Source of the DNA: Stegostoma tigrinum
Taxonomy: Eukaryota
Assembly: GCF_030684315.1 (NCBI RefSeq)
Contig: NC_081359.1
Coordinates: 17,494,184-17,558,183 of the forward strand
DNA length: 64,000 nt
Direction: 5' to 3'
Shown here piece after piece: positions 12,150 through 26,369 of the stretch (its first letter is position 1; each line of letters starts with the position of its first letter). The notes beneath the pieces are model-generated. The model made no database searches and had not been told where the DNA came from. It worked only from the letters and a program-made list of their open reading frames with translations. A program made the translations under genes and the position numbers.

Positions 12150-12445
12150 TTACTGTAAGGACAAGCAGATTTAAAACAGATGAGAAGAAATTACCTTTTC
12201 TCTCAAACAGTCATGAATCTGGGTGGAATTCACTACCATAGAGTGCAGTAGATGCTGGGACACTTCGTAAATATAGGGAGGAGGCAAATGGATTTTTAAG
12301 TAGTAATGAATTGAAGGATTATGGAAAGCGGGCAGGAAAGAGGAGTTGAGGCCAAGGTGACATCAGCTGTAAGGGTATTAAAAGGCACAGCAGGTTTGAG
12401 TGGCTGAATTGCATACTCCTGTTCCTAGTTCTTATGCTCTTACAA
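12150..12445 (+). mobile_element. CR1 3' fragment
   Basis: agatttaaaacagatgagaagaaa...ctcctgttcctagttcttatg; reverse-complement homolog of 8645-8925. Confidence 0.75.
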
Positions 12446-13952
12446 TCCAGCAGATATGGTGGTAAATGGTTAAAAATGTTGTTTGCTATATTCATCCAAG
12501 TCTTGGACTTCAGGGAATTCAGCTGGGCTGGAATGGCCAGGATAAGTGAAAGTAATGGATTTATTGTGTATTATAACTTCAAATGATGGAGGGGAAAGTG
12601 GTTGAGAAGAGAATTAGCTGCAGATATTTCATTGTGAGCAGATGCATGAAGGCTAGTCAATCAAGATGTTGAAACAGCGGTGGCAGATGAACTAGAATGA
12701 GCTTATCCCATGAAGAGAGGCAATCAGAATTAGAAACAAGAACAGAAATTGTTGGTGAAACTCAGGTCTGTGGGAAGAAAGCAGAGTTAACATTTTGACT
12801 CTTCATTATAAATAGAGAATAAAAAAATGCACTGAAAGGGTGAGATATAGGAAATAGGACGAAATGTGTGTACAGCATGAACAATGGCATAAACCACTTG
12901 GATCAAATGGTCTTTTTGTGTGTGGTACATTCCATGGAGTTTTATGTAACTATTGTAATTTTCCAAAATCTAACAACTGTGACATTACTGAAGAACCAAA
13001 TCTACTGTTAGCAAAATATAATTTTATTCATTTCTTAATAAAATATATTGTTAATTATTAAGGACAATGTTCTGATACCAACCAGAATGCTTCCTATCCA
13101 CATCCACATTCAACCGCAATCTCCAATGAAACTGAACATACCTATCTCCAAGGCAACGACAGTCTTGTGAGCAATGTACAACTATGTGAAACAAACATCG
13201 TAAGTTCAAGATTTCAGAGCAATGATCTATATCAGAAATCAAGGCTTCGTGACCTCATCAAACAACAACATGACAAGAAATCAAAACAGCAGCAACATCC
13301 ATCATGTCTGTACCTCCAATTTCCTAATATCACAGACATCAGTTGCAAATGACATTTCTCATGGGAACATCTATTTCTCCAAAACTATTCACTTATCACT
13401 TTAGCATGGGAAAAGCACTCAGCCCATAGTGCCTGAGCTGGCCCTCTGAAAGAGCCAATTATTGCCGCTTGCCTCCACTCTTTCCACACTGCCATTTCTT
13501 CCTCTTCAAGTGTGTAAACCTACACAAGCCTATATCCAATTGCCACTGAAGGGAAAGGGTAAGTATCCTGCTGATGTCAGTGTGGGATTCGTAAACCAGG
13601 AATCTCATTGCTGATTGCCATGAGAATATGAAACTTACCTTGGTAAATGACAGACACAATAATCTGAATCGTGTTCTTCGATGGTAATTAGCAAGTATTT
13701 GACTTCTAACTGAACAGTGATTAGGCTGGAATATTGGGATCAGTTCTGAGCACTACATTTTAGGAAGGATGTCAAGACCTTAGAAAAGTTGCAGAGGAGA
13801 TTTACTGGAATAAGATCAAAGGGTGAAGACTTCAATCATATTGGATAACTGGAGAAAGATAGCAACTCCAGTGCTAGGAATGTCAGTCTGCATTTTGAGC
13901 TCAAGAGAGAACCGAATTGCTGGCAGCTAAATGGAAGACTCTGTTTTTTTTT

Positions 13953-14272
13953 ATTAGATTCGATTCCCTACAGTGTGGAAACAGGCCATTCGGCCCAATA
14001 AGTCCACACCACCCCTTGAAGCATCCCACCCAGACCCCTTCACCCATAATCCACACACCCCTGGACGCTACGGGCAATTTAGCATGGCCAATTCACCTAG
14101 CCTGCACATTTTTTTTGGACTGTGGGCGGAAACCGGAGCACCCGGAGGAAACCCACGCAGACACGGGGAGAATGGGTAAACTCCACACAGACAGTCGCCT
14201 GAGGCTGGAATCGAACCTGAGTGTCTGGAGGTGTGAGGCTGCAGTGCTAACCACTGAGCCACCGCGCAGGCC
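13953..14272 (-). mobile_element. HE1-type V-SINE
   Basis: Highly similar to 20454-20772; possible ctgttt target-site duplication. Confidence 0.92.
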
Positions 14273-15339
14273 TGTTTGAAATGTTACTTCCGCTATAGCT
14301 CAACAATAATAAAATTTCTGCGTGTGCAACATTCTTGATGCTGAAGATAGCAACACAAACATTTGCAATAGGAGCAGGAATAAACCATTCAGTCCCGAGC
14401 CTACTGCACCATTCAATAACATCATGGCTGATCTGAGTTCAGCCTTATCTTCACTTTCGTCCCTTTGCTTATAATCTTTGACTTGCTTGTTAAATATTGT
14501 GAGCTCAGAGTGGAAAATATCAAGCAAACGCATGATGCTGGATGGTGCTCATTATTTTTGCCTTGACTGCTAGACATTAACTTGCTGCCTACAGAACTTT
14601 ACCAGTACTACTTAAGATCAGCACAATCACTAGACAAAACTAAATGATAGTTTACTGCAATAATATTGAAGGAAAGAGAAATGAAAAAAAAGGAATCAAT
14701 TATTCATGAAACTACATATATACACAAACAGGCTTTCAGCAATGGAACGAAATGTCTCAGTCTCCTCGTATACATCCACATGTGCAGAAAAAAATGTAGA
14801 TGTCCACCTAATTACATTGCAGCCTTTCCAAAATTTCACATGGTATTCCTCATTCTGTTGATGTGCAGTTTTACAAATTTGTACAATCACATGACTATTC
14901 CAAAATTGGGAACCAGCAAATAATATCCAAGAATGTAATTCAATCTAGCCCATCCAAGCACAAAGATTATTGATTATGAAAATTGTGCATAAAATCATCT
15001 AATAAATGCTGCAGGGTCACATCAACATTGTATTATGCATGCTATATCACATGGTGTGACATGTATTTCTTGAAGTGTTCGCCCTGGGCAAAGTGCAAAA
15101 CAATGAGAATGTACAATCAGTTTTACTATATTCTTTATGTGTAAAATAAACCAATAATCAAAAATCCAGAGTCTTTATTCATTCCAAAACACAACAGTTA
15201 TTTTCAAAAGTTACTTTTGGGGGAGGGTAAGACTCATGGCTGTCTTAGGCACCTAAGATCCTTGCACCAGCCACGTTCTACTTTGTTTGGATTGCTAACG
15301 CTGCACCATAGATATACTAGCACTGGAGGCTCACTAGGT

Positions 15340-15812
15340 GGACAAGAGTCACTAGGTTGAACCTGGGTATCAAGGGTCTTTATGAGGAGAGGTTGAGTAG
15401 GTACTTGTTGGAGTTTAGAATGAGAGGCGATTTTATTGATGCAGTCAAGGTTCTTCAGGGGTCATGACAGAGCATATGCAGAAAGGTTGTTTCCACTTGT
15501 GGGAAAGTCCAGAACCACAATGCATAATCTCAGAGAAAGGGGCTGCACATTTAAAAGAGATGTGGAGGAATTTCTTTCTCAGAGGGTGGTGAATTTGTGG
15601 AATCTTTTGCCACAGTGGACTGTAGCAGCTGGGTTATTAAGTATATTTAAGGCTAAAGATAGATAGCTTTTTAATCAGGAAGTGAAGCATACATTTTGAA
15701 GAAAAAGCAAGAAAGTGAAGTTGAGGATTATCAGATCTGCAAAAATCCAAATGAATGGCAGACCAGATTCAATAGGCTGAATAACCTGCATCTTTTCTTA
15801 AATCTTATCATA
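15340..15812 (+). mobile_element. CR1 3' fragment
   Basis: Peptide ERLFPLVGKSRT...FLSQRVVNLWNLLPQ. Confidence 0.85.
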
Positions 15813-16434
15813 TTAGAAAGGACTATCATGTGAATTCCGCTTTGAAGCAGGTACTGAGAAAGGTGTTAATGTGAATAACTCAACAATCTACTCAACAGAA
15901 TGTATAGTGGGCATGGGTGTTAAAACTCATTAATTCAGCAAATGTAATTATGGTCACCAATGAACATTGTTCAGTTGGGAATCAAAACCAGTGAAGCAGT
16001 AACTGCGATTTTCCTACAATCCTAAAGTCGGACAACGGAGACCAGTGTTTCAGTTTGACAGCAGCAAAAACAATTTAACAAGATTGGACACATATGTGCA
16101 ACATGAGAATTGTGCTTCAAATGCTCCTAGATAGTTTTGTCCTTTTACTTATATCATTTAAACCCACCAGCTTGATATATTTCATAGAAACTAGTTCTGT
16201 TGTTAAAAATATTGCAGAATAATAGTTTGGAATTATCACGCTTTGAGCTAATAGAAAAGATAAATCCAATTGAGGTTTACAACTAAAAAGATATAGCTAA
16301 CAATGCAGCATTGAAAGTGGTAGGGAATTACAAAATAAGGGAATATAATTGCCAGACAGTCACTAACAAAATTCCAGAAGGAGCATATAAACAGGAGCAC
16401 TCATCAGCTGGGATGAATGGCTGTGCTGTATTTT

Positions 16435-18390
16435 CATCGGTGGGTAGAGAAAGCTAAGGAGCTGCAACTGTTGCTGACAAGCCCAGCACTTGGTGCTTTT
16501 TTGGTGTCACCAAGGCAATATGCAGTGCTAACATCCTTAGCCTCAAACTGGGGCACAGCAAGGATGGAACACTTTTGAGAGACAGAGAAAACATCAACCT
16601 CTGATGGGCAGAACACTTGAAAAAAACTCCTAAACTGTGATACAACTAGTGACAAAGACATGTTTGACGAAACCCCAAACTCCCCAGTGATGTTCTTGGG
16701 CCCACACAGCGTAGCAGAAGTTGAAGTGGCTATTAGACACATGAAGAATAGAAATGGCACAAGAGTAGAAGGGATTCCAGCGGAGATTTTCAAACTTGGA
16801 GGAACAGAGCTTATCTGTCATTTCCATTAACTGTTCCTAAAAATCTGGGACAAAGATAAAATCCCTGACAATTCAAGGATGCTGCCATCATAAAAGGAGA
16901 CAAAATGAACTGGGGGACTCTTGAGGAATTTCCCCTAGTCTCCATCAGCAGGAAGATCATTACTCAAATCCTTGCTAGGCGTCTCCTCCTAATCTTGTAG
17001 GAACTTGTTGCTGAAAACCATTGTGGTTTTCATCCAAATTGCAGGACTATGGACATGATTTTCATTGCTCAGCAAACTCCAAGAGAAGTGCCAGGAACAG
17101 CCACCATGGAAGACTGCGAAAGGCTGGTTGTCCAGTAAAATTCACGAACATCCTCTGTCTCCTCCATGACGAGATACTGGTGACAGTCCTTGTCGATGGT
17201 AATATGACAGAATCTTTTGATGTCAAGACAGCGGTCAAGTAAGGATGCATCATTGCTCCTGATCTTTTTTGTATGTTCATCACCACCAGTCTTCACCTTA
17301 TCAAGAACAAATTTCCAGTGGGCATTGTCTGCAGGATAGACAGAAATCTTTTCAACCTCAATTAATTGAAATCCAAGAAGAAAATAACATTAATCCTGCC
17401 TCTGGCACTTTAGGATGCAGAAAACATCATCTCTGTTCTCTCAGAAGAGGATCTACAAGCCTTGCTAAATGCCTTCACAGAGGCATATTGAAGAATTGGA
17501 CTCAGCGTCGACCTCCAGAAGTTTCAAACCCTTTAACAATCTGCTCCAGGTCAAATTCTCTTCATTAAGGTCAATGAGAAATCCTCCTAAACATGGAACA
17601 TTTCCCTTTACTGGGAAGTTACCTCTCATTCATGGCTGACATTGATACGAAGGGTCAACATTTCATCTAATCTGTGAATGCCTTCTTCAGACACCAAAGG
17701 TTCAGAGTCAGACCACGACATCCATGTTGAGACTAAGATCTTGTGTATAAAGCAATCATTCTTCCAACTCTTCTAAATGGCTCCAAAGCCTGGATCATGT
17801 TTAGAAGCTACCTAATAACCCTCAAAAAGTGCCATCAATGCTGTTTGAGATGGATCCTCTGTATAAACTGGGAGGACAGGCATACTAATATCAGCATCCT
17901 TGAAGCTGCAAATAGCACCAGCATTGAGGGCATGGTCATCTGAAACCAACTCCATGACATCAGCTACATGCTTAGGATGCCCGAGTTCTGATTGTCAAAG
18001 CAAATCATCCTTGTTGAACACGAGGAAGGCATTAGAGCAAGAGCAGGACAAAGGAAGCATTTCAAAGACTCCCTGAAGTCTTCCTTCAAGAAATGCAACA
18101 TAGATATCAATGCATGGAAAATCCCCGCTTGGAAGAATCTGACTTGGAGGAAATTTGAGTACGAACAGCCTCAATTCTTTGAGAAAACCAGTCAGCAAGC
18201 AGATGTATGGAAAAGGAACCAGAAAAAGGGATGCCAATGGAGGATGACTTCTACCTCCCAGAAACACATTCCAAATGTGCGGTCAGAATTGCGATTCTAG
18301 GATCAAGCTCATCAACTGCACAAGGACCCAAGACAAGTTACCAGGAATTTCCCAGGTGGACAATTATATTTGTTAGCAAGTGATTGTTGA
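16435..18390 (+). mobile_element. Decayed RTE-clade LINE (RT and C-terminal region)
   Basis: Peptides GCPVKFTNILCLLH, ESFDVKTAVK*GCIIAP, YKAIILPTLLNGSKAW...HQCCLRWILCINWEDRHTNISILE, GQRKHFKDSLKSS. Confidence 0.85.
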
Positions 18391-18485
18391 CAACGCATAA
18401 TATTCATATACTTCCTGATCATATATTGAAAGCAACGAAATATCCAAAACAGTGCTGGAATCCAAAAACAATTTATTTACCTAAT

Positions 18486-18690
18486 CTGAAACAAAACCAG
18501 AAATTACTGGAGAACCTCAGTAGATCTGGCAGCATTTGTAGAGGGAAAGCACAGTTAAAACGTTCTTGGGTCGAGTGACCCTTCAGAACACGAAATGTTG
18601 ACTCTACTTTCTGTCCACAGATACTGCTGAGTTTGTCCAGTAATTTGTGTTTTTTGTTTCTGATTTCCAACATCTGCAGTTCTTTGTTTT
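18486..18690. mobile_element. Fold-back Penelope-derived mini-element (family 2)
   Basis: Inverted arms gaaacaaaaccagaaattactgga / tccagtaatttgtgtttttgtttc, centre gtgacccttcagaac, tail ccaacatctgcagttc; partial copies at ~12730, 31655, 39585, 58810 and 62215. Confidence 0.7.
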
Positions 18691-19010
18691 ATTATAGTAA
18701 TAATATGGAACTTACTTTCATACAGAGTGTAAAGGGGAGTCCAAGTAACTATGAGGGACAATGATAAGCTAACAATCCAGTGAAATATGGTGATAGGAGG
18801 CATGGATCAATCATAAACACTGGTACAGATCTGCTTGGCTGATTGGTTTCCATGTTGTACTTTCTACGTAATTCAGTAAACTTGCAACCACGGTACATCA
18901 ATCAAGCCTCCAAATCAATGTTGATAACCTTCAAATGAATTAACGTAAAATTAAAACCACAGCCAAAAAAAAAAATTTAAACAAAAAATATTAAGTAGAA
19001 GGGTACTTAC

Positions 19011-19058
19011 TAATCCACTAAAGGCCAAAATCCATGTAGTCATACTAGATGTCAAAAG
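19011..19058 (-). CDS. UBAC2: UBAC2 internal coding exon (equivalent to human exon 6), 48 bp, LLTSSMTTWILAFSGL
   Basis: Minus strand tgttttgtttcatttgtag|CTTTTG...GGATTA|gtaagt; aligns to human LFTSGSYIWIVAISGL; in frame with the 24507-24630 exon. Confidence 0.92.
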
Positions 19059-19309
19059 CTACAAATGAAACAAAACACATATAGGTAACGGCAGATATGA
19101 ACATACAAATCAGGGGCTGGAATAAGCCATTCAGTCCCTCAAGATTGCTCTGCTCTTCAATAAGATCATGACTGATCTGAACTAAAATGTACTAGAAATA
19201 AATGTTAAAATAATATGCATAATAATACTGAACAATCAATGTCAAATTTTCACTAACTTCATGTTAACAGAAAAAAAAATTAGTGTTCATGGTAACACAA
19301 CAGAAAATT

Positions 19310-20270
19310 GCAGAGATTTGGAAGATGACACTGGGGGACTTCAATTACCCAAATATAGATTGTGAGTGCATTAAAATAAAAGGGAAAGAAGTAGGGGGAA
19401 TTTCTCAGATGCATTTAGAAGAAGCTCCTTGACCAGTACATCTGTGGTGAAACTAGGAGGGTGGTGATGCTGAATTTGGTGCTATGAGGTCGGCCAAGTG
19501 AAGTAAGTGATTGTGGGTAATGACCAATTCACCATAAATTAGTGTTGGAGTAGGGCAGAGAACAATCTGAAGTAGAACTGCTACAATGGAAGAAAAGTAG
19601 TTTCAGTCACATAACTATGGATGTAGCCATTTACTGACAGGACAAAACATAATAAAACAAATGGTAATCTTTAAGGAGGAGATTTTCAGGTCAAGGCTAG
19701 GTACATTCCAACAGAGGGGATAGGTGAGGAAAAACCAGGGCTTCTTGCCTGGCAAGGGTGATAAAGAACTTGGTGAAGCCAAACAAAAAGGAAGTTTGAT
19801 GCATGTTTGCTGAATTATTCAGGCAAGAACTAGCCCAAATACAATAAGTTGAGAGGATGACAACACTGGGAAAGACAGCATTTGAAAAGAGAAAGGCAGC
19901 TGAAGTAAAAAGGAACACAAAATCCTTTTGGTGGCGTGTAAATAATAAGCAGGCAATAAGCACACTCTGGGGCCTTTAAGGACTAAGCAATAAATTTATG
20001 CTCAGAGGAGCAGGGAAAGGCTGGAATGCTTAATAAGTATTTTGTAGGAACTCTGCTGTGTACTCAGGAAGACGAACCCAACAAAATATCTGTAGAACTA
20101 GAGTCGGTAGAGGTAGGTAATAAGCTGAAAATTGATGAGCAGGATATGTTGGAAGGGTAAGCAGTGCTAGAGAAAATAAACAACCGATCCAGATTGGTTG
20201 CATCCCAGGTACTGAAGGGTATAGGAAGGGAATTAGATAAAGGCATTGCTATAATCTCCCAATTTTCCAT
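19310..20270 (+). mobile_element. Highly decayed CR1 ORF2 fragment
   Basis: gggggacttcaattacccaaatatagatt (GDFNYPNID) and gcatcccaggtactgaag (HPRVLK-like). Confidence 0.7.
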
Positions 20271-20414
20271 TGTGGGGCTCTGTGTTGAGTCCTGATGGCT
20301 GTAAAATGTTTACATTAACTAGAACATACTCCATCAAGACAATGTTACTTCATCAAAAAAAATCAATTAAGTTAACTCAGCCTTTTGAAAGATGATAGTA
20401 GCATTGCGATAATA

Positions 20415-20925
20415 TCGCTAAAATGGTAATCCAGAGGCCCAGGTTATTGCTTTGATTAGATTAGATTAGATTCCCTACAGGGTGGAAACAGGGCCTTCGG
20501 CCCAACAAGTCCACACCGCCCCTTGAAGCATCCCACCCAGACCCATCCCCCTATAACCCACACACCCCTGAACACTACGGGCAATCTAGAATGGCCGATC
20601 CACCTAACCTGCACATCTTTGGACTGTGGGAGGAAACCGGAGCACCCGGAGGAAACCCACGCAGACACAGGGAGAATGTGCAAACTCCACACAGACAGTT
20701 ACCCGAGGGTGGAATCGAACCTGGGTCCCTGGTGCTGTGAGGCTGCAGTGCTAACCACTGAGCCACTGTGCACAGGTTCAAATCCCACTATGGCAATACA
20801 TGTAATTTGAACTCAAACGAATCAGGAATTGAAAAGTGAATTTAAAAGCTGCAGTCAGTAATGGTTACAATGAAACCAATGTCAGAGCCGTCTAGTTCAC
20901 TAATGTCCTTTTAGTGAAGGAAATT
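20415..20925 (+). mobile_element. SINE-B copy interrupted by HE1
   Basis: gtaatccagaggcccagg [HE1] ggttcaaatcccac...tagttcactaatgtccttt...gaaggaaat. Confidence 0.65.
20454..20772 (-). mobile_element. HE1-type V-SINE (young copy)
   Basis: A and B boxes, V domain, (aatct)n tail. Confidence 0.95.
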
Positions 20926-22412
20926 CCCCCAGGCTTTTTAATCCCCTGTTCTTAGGAAAAGACAACTACCATCAACTCTACCTATACCTCTCATTATTTA
21001 ATAAACTTCTATCAGGTCGCCTCTCAATCTCCCGTGCTCCAGTGAAGAAAACCTCAGCTTACCCAACCTTTCACAATAACTCAAACCTTCCATACCCAGT
21101 AACATGCTGGTAAATCTCTTCTGAACCCTCTCCAGCTTAGGAATATCCTTCCTACAACAGGGTGACCTGAACTGGACAGAGCATTCCAGAACAGGCCTCA
21201 CCAAAGTCCTGTATTACCTCAACATGAGTTTCCACCTCCGCAACACTCAAAGGGCTGAGCAATCAAGACAAGTGTGCCAAGCGTCTTTTTAACCACCCTG
21301 TCTTTATGTGATACAAACTTCAAAGGATTATGTGCCTGCACCCTTAGGTGTCTCTGTTCTACTGTACTACCAAGGCTCGACCATTAATTGTATAAGCCTT
21401 ACCCTTATTTGCTGAATCAAAATGCAATACCTCGCATTTACCCAGACTGAACTCCATCTGCCATTTTTCAGCCCAATGACCCATTTGATCAAGAACCTTT
21501 TGTAATCTTAGGAAACATTCTTCACGGTCTACTGTGCCACCAATATTGGTATCAGACACAAATTTACTAGCCATGTCCTTTATATTCTCATCCAAGTCAT
21601 TTATGTAAATAAGAGGATGCAGAATCGCTCCCTGTGGAACACCGCTGGTGACAGGCTTCCACGCCAAAAGACAACCCTCCACTACTGGTCTCTGTTCCTG
21701 CTATTAAGTCAATTATGCATCAAGTTGGCAAGTTCACCCTGAATCCCGTATGGCCTAATTTACTAATTAGTCTACCATGCGGAACTTTGTTGCAGGCTTT
21801 ACTAAAATCCAAATAAACAACATCTACTGCTCTGCCATCTTTCTGGTAACATCCTCAAAAAACTCAATCAAGTTTGTGAGACATGACTTTCCTCGCACCT
21901 AACTATGCTGACTATCCCTAAACAATTTTTGCTTCTTTAAATGTCTACAAATCCTTTTATAATCACCTCCACTAATTTACTCACAACCGAACTCAGACTC
22001 ACAGGTTTGTAGTTCCCCGGTTTCTCCTTATAACCTTTCTTAAGCAAAGGTACAACCCTCCCGTCATCAGGCAAATCATCCATAGTTATAAATGATGCTA
22101 ATATTTCTGCAAGGGGTCTTGCAAATTCCTCCCTTACTTCCGACAACGTTCTAGGATACATTAGATCAGGGCCCAGAGATTTATCAATATTTATGTTCTC
22201 TAAGGCCTCCCAAACTTTGTCTTCTCCAATATGAACTGTTTTTAAAAATTGAAGTTTATTTCTCTGCATTCTCTGAGCTCTATTTTTTTCCCAGAATAAA
22301 AACTAACACAAAATATTCATTTAGTATTTCTCCCATCTTGTGGAGTTCAATGCAAAGACGACCTCCTTGATCTTTAAGAGGCCCTAACTTCTCCCTAGTT
22401 ACCCGCTTGCTC
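20926..22412 (-). mobile_element. CR1 ORF2 (RT) fragment
   Basis: Peptides KEKPGNYKPVSLSSVVSKL, VTSGVPQG, VRPVLECSVQFRSP. Confidence 0.9.
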
Positions 22413-23229
22413 TGGCCAAATGGTCTCCTTCTGTGCCGTAACAACACTAAAGCTTTGGTTCTTGCAATCAGACCTGTGTCAAATAATTGTATACCAGAAA
22501 TGAAGCAGACCTCAGCAGGACTACTTTAAAAAAGTACTTGGATGAGCATTTGTAGTGTTATAACATTCAAGGCTATGGGCGTGGTGCAGGAAAGTAGGAT
22601 CTTCGAGTAGGATAATAGGTTGGCACAACATTGTGGGCCGAAGGGACTGTGCTGTGCTGTACTGTTCTATGTAGGCAGTGGTATCTTTTCAGCAGGACAG
22701 ATTTGATGGCTGAAGGTCCTCTTCATTACTGTATGATTCTATGGTCATGAGAAGGATGGAATTTCTTGCTCTGTGGCTATTTTGATTCTTAGTCTTCAGC
22801 TCTATAATTGCTAACTAGGCCTTTGATGATTACTCAAGGCATGTCAGTGGCCTCCTATATGTTCACAGTTTGTATACGAGCTTTCAAGGTGTTTGGGGCA
22901 TTACCACAGAGATATTTGTTATCGGGGTGATTGAGAAACAGGATGGGTGTCTACCGGCTCACATTTCTAACATTTCATCAGTCTTTCCACTTACCTAACT
23001 ACTTAAACAACCTATTTCTTCAATATTTCTAATGACCAAACGATTCCACTCATGAACCCTCTCAGTGATAATCAGAGATAATCAGAGATAATCAGTGTAT
23101 TTCTTTACTTTCTCTGATATTATCAATATGTCTTACCTTTCAGCCTTTCAAAGTAAACTTAGCTATAGCCTGTACAGAAACTGCCTGTTCTGCCGTGCAC
23201 TTCTGGCCTCTCCACTTCTCATAATCACT

Positions 23230-24168
23230 TTGCCTTTTGCAAATGACACAAAAGTAAGTGGAGGGGCAGGTAGCGCTGAAGAAGTTGGGAGGCTGCAGAA
23301 GGGCTTGGAATTGGAGGGAGAGTGGGCAAAAAAGTGGCAGATGGAATGCAGTGTGGCAAAAGTGCAAGATTATGCACTTTGGTAGGAAGAATAGAGGCAC
23401 AGACTATTTTCTAAATGGAAGGCGGCTACGGAAATCTGAAGGACAAAGGGACTTAGGAGTCCTCGTTCAGGACTGTCTGAAGGTTAACATGCAAATTCAA
23501 TTGGTGGCTAGGAAGGCAAATGCAATGTTTGCATCCATTTCAAGAAGCCTAGACAACAAGAGCACAAATGTACTGCTGAGGCTGTATAAAGCTCTGGTCA
23601 GAACACTGTTCCTACTACCTCTGGAATATTTTAAGTAGTTTTGGGCCCCATACCTAAGGAAAGACATTCTGGTGTTGAAGGGGGTTCAGAGGACGTTTAC
23701 AAGAATGATCCTGCGGTGAAGGGCTTGTCATATGAGGAACAGTTGAGAACTTTGGGTGTGTATCTGATGGAGTTTAGCAGGATGAGAGGGGGATCGGATT
23801 AAAACTTACTGAACACTGAGAGGCCTGGATAGAGTGGATATGGAGAACGAGTTTCCACTAGTTGGAAAGACCAAGATTCGAAGGCACAGCCTCAGAGTGA
23901 AGAGATGACCCTTTAGAACTGATATGAGGAAGAATTTCTTCATCCAGAGGCTAGTAAATGTGTGAAACTCACTGCTACAAGAAGGCTGTGGAGGCTAAGT
24001 GAGTGCATTCAAGACAGAGATAGAGAGGTTCTTTATTAGTAATGGGATCAAGGGTTACAGGGAGAAGGCAGGAGAATGGATTTGAGAAACATATCAGCCA
24101 TGATCAGATGGTGGAACAGGCTCGGTGAGGTGAATGGTCTAGTTCTGCTCCTATATGTTATGGTCTTT
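23230..24168 (+). mobile_element. CR1 3' part with tail
   Basis: FANDTKV, RDLGVLVQ, LLRLYKALVR; ends in ttatggtctt. Confidence 0.9.
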
Positions 24169-24506
24169 AAATGTGCAAAAACATCTTTCACAGGCTACAT
24201 AATAATGAAAATACACAAATAATTTGACATATAAAGAATCCTGAGTAGCTGAGGATTGTACAAAAAATTAAGGAGCGAAAGAACATTGCAAGAAAAATGA
24301 CGAATCAAAGGTCTCTCTACTACCATTCTGTACCAGGCATGCACATTAACACCATAATGATACTAAGCCATAATCTCAACAGTTCAGCACTTTAATTAAA
24401 GTGATATATTGAGGAACATTAGTCTCAATTTCAATTCAAACTACACTTTTCCTTACCAACATGTCACCTGTTATTCATTAGATACTAGTTACAACTGTAT
24501 ACATAC

Positions 24507-24630
24507 CTGTAAACCCATAATGTAGACCAGGGTTTTGTTTGTTATGGAAAACCTGCCCAGGATTTGCACCACTTGAACACTTGGAATGGAGAAGTAGAAA
24601 GGCACAAACAGAGCAAAGATGGGACCCAGA
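24507..24630 (-). CDS. UBAC2: UBAC2 internal coding exon (equivalent to human exon 5), 124 bp, LGPIFALFVPFYFSIPSVQVVQILGRFSITNKTLVYIMGLQ
   Basis: Minus strand tttttcttccttctttatag|T CTG GGT...TTA CAG|gtatgt; aligns to human LAPVFALFVPFYCSIPRVQVAQILGPLSITNKTLIYILGLQ (rhomboid-like domain). Confidence 0.96.
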
Positions 24631-24669
24631 CTATAAAGAAGGAAGAAAAAGAACCACATTAATTTTACT

Positions 24670-24870
24670 TTTCATTCTTAAGATGTTGTCATCACTGCTG
24701 ATCTTTGATTAACCTTGAGAAGGTGACAATGAGCTATCTCTTCACAAGAAGTTAGTGTCTATTTCAACAGGCAATTAAAAGGTTAGCCAGATTGCTGCAG
24801 ATCTAGAATGACATGTAGGTTAGGCTGGATATTGACAATAGACTTCCTTCTCTAAAGGATATTAGTGACT
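24670..24870 (-). mobile_element. SINE-B 3' fragment
   Basis: acatgtagg...cttccttctctaaaggatattagtga is the reverse complement of the SINE-B body. Confidence 0.55.
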
Positions 24871-26369
24871 GAAAGTCACTGTGGTCTCAGGGGGCCATAT
24901 GCTGCTCTCCATTAAGGAGAGACATAACAAGTGAGTTTAACTTGACTATAACTGTCTCAGGCAAGTACCTTGATAAATAAGCTGGGGCCCTCATCACAAC
25001 ATCAGCTACTATGGGAATTGAATTCACAATGTTAGCATCAATCTGCACTGCGAATCAGCCATCCAGCCAACTGTCTGGAGCACCCAACAGTGACCTGTAG
25101 GGCTGAATAGTCTGTTTCTCTGCTGTACATTCTATGTTAGACCTTGCTTTATCAGTAAACTTGTCTTGAATTATTGCTGGGTTTATTCAGACAGCAAGTG
25201 CAAATTCAAAAGGCTAACAATATTCAACAAGCCTAATATAAAACACAGACCTGTACCCAATAACTGGATTAAGCCATTAAACCCTTCAGCATTTCATGCA
25301 GCAGCAGTAAAGAGAGCAAATTGGACCTTTAGGAAAAAATTCTTCAACCAGGAGGTGGTGAGAATGTGGACTCACTACCACAGAAAGTAGTTGAGGTGAA
25401 TAGCATTGAAACATTTAAGAGGAGATTGATAAATGAATGAGGAAGAAAGTAATAGAAGGGTAAGTTGACGGAGTGAGATGCAGAAGAGTAGGGGAGACTA
25501 ATGTAGAGCATAAAAACCAAGATTGAATTGTTGAACTAAATGGCCTGTTTCTGTGTTGCAATATTCTAAGTCAAGATTTTGCAATTTTCCCTGTCCATGT
25601 TAGCAAAGGCTGATTATTATTTATTGATTCTATGCCTAAATATTTTGCGTCTCATCATGATGTTTACACCTTCAGAGTTTCCTTTGTATGTTTTGAAATT
25701 TGAAGCTTCCAGATGATTGGGACAAAAAAAACTATGTTTTGTGTTTACGTTTTCGTACTGAAGCACATCCGTTGTTCAAGAATTTTGATGTTGATCCAAA
25801 TGATAAAAGACAATTGCCGCAGCCATTTTTGAGTGCTTCTTTGGAAAACCACATTTGTTTTCTTGCATGTGCATAGAAAGCTGTGCAATTCATTTTCATC
25901 AAACCACATGGCAGATTGGGACCTTTAATCCATCCACTCTTGCCTTGAAAAAGATAGTCAATGAGTTTATTTCCTCTATCTTTTCCCACACCTCTGCAAA
26001 CCTTAACACCCTCAAATATTTATTCATCTCCCTCTCAAAGCTACTGCTGAATATTACCTTTCAGGCAATGCATTTCAGATCACAACAATAAATGGGCAAC
26101 ACTGTCTAAACCATAAGGCTTGAGATTCTTTTTTTGAATTGTGAGAGAGGAGACTCAGATCCCATCAACTGTACTTGAACACGTTTCACAGGCGAAAGGA
26201 GTGTTACAACTCAAACTACTTCCAACTTTTTTTGTCTGTACTTCTAAAGTGCTCTGATAAGAAACTGACAATATTGAAACTCACAATCTGTTTCTTCATC
26301 TATAATTCTGGGTAATCTCATGCCACTCTCCACATCTTAAAAAGTCTCAGCCATGATTCATTGGGCTGT

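Noticed and set aside
1-19010. UBAC2 exon 7 equivalent (MGATLDIQRQQRME)
   Set aside because: Not found by eye on the minus strand; it probably lies before position 1, though a TBLASTN would be needed to exclude a miss.
10470-20810. Recurring short ORFs such as CGRKPEHPEETHADTGRMCKLHTDS that look like a protein family
   Set aside because: They are translations of HE1 SINE copies.
23067-23096. gataatcaga x3 tandem repeat
   Set aside because: Simple slippage duplication; no spacers, not CRISPR-like.
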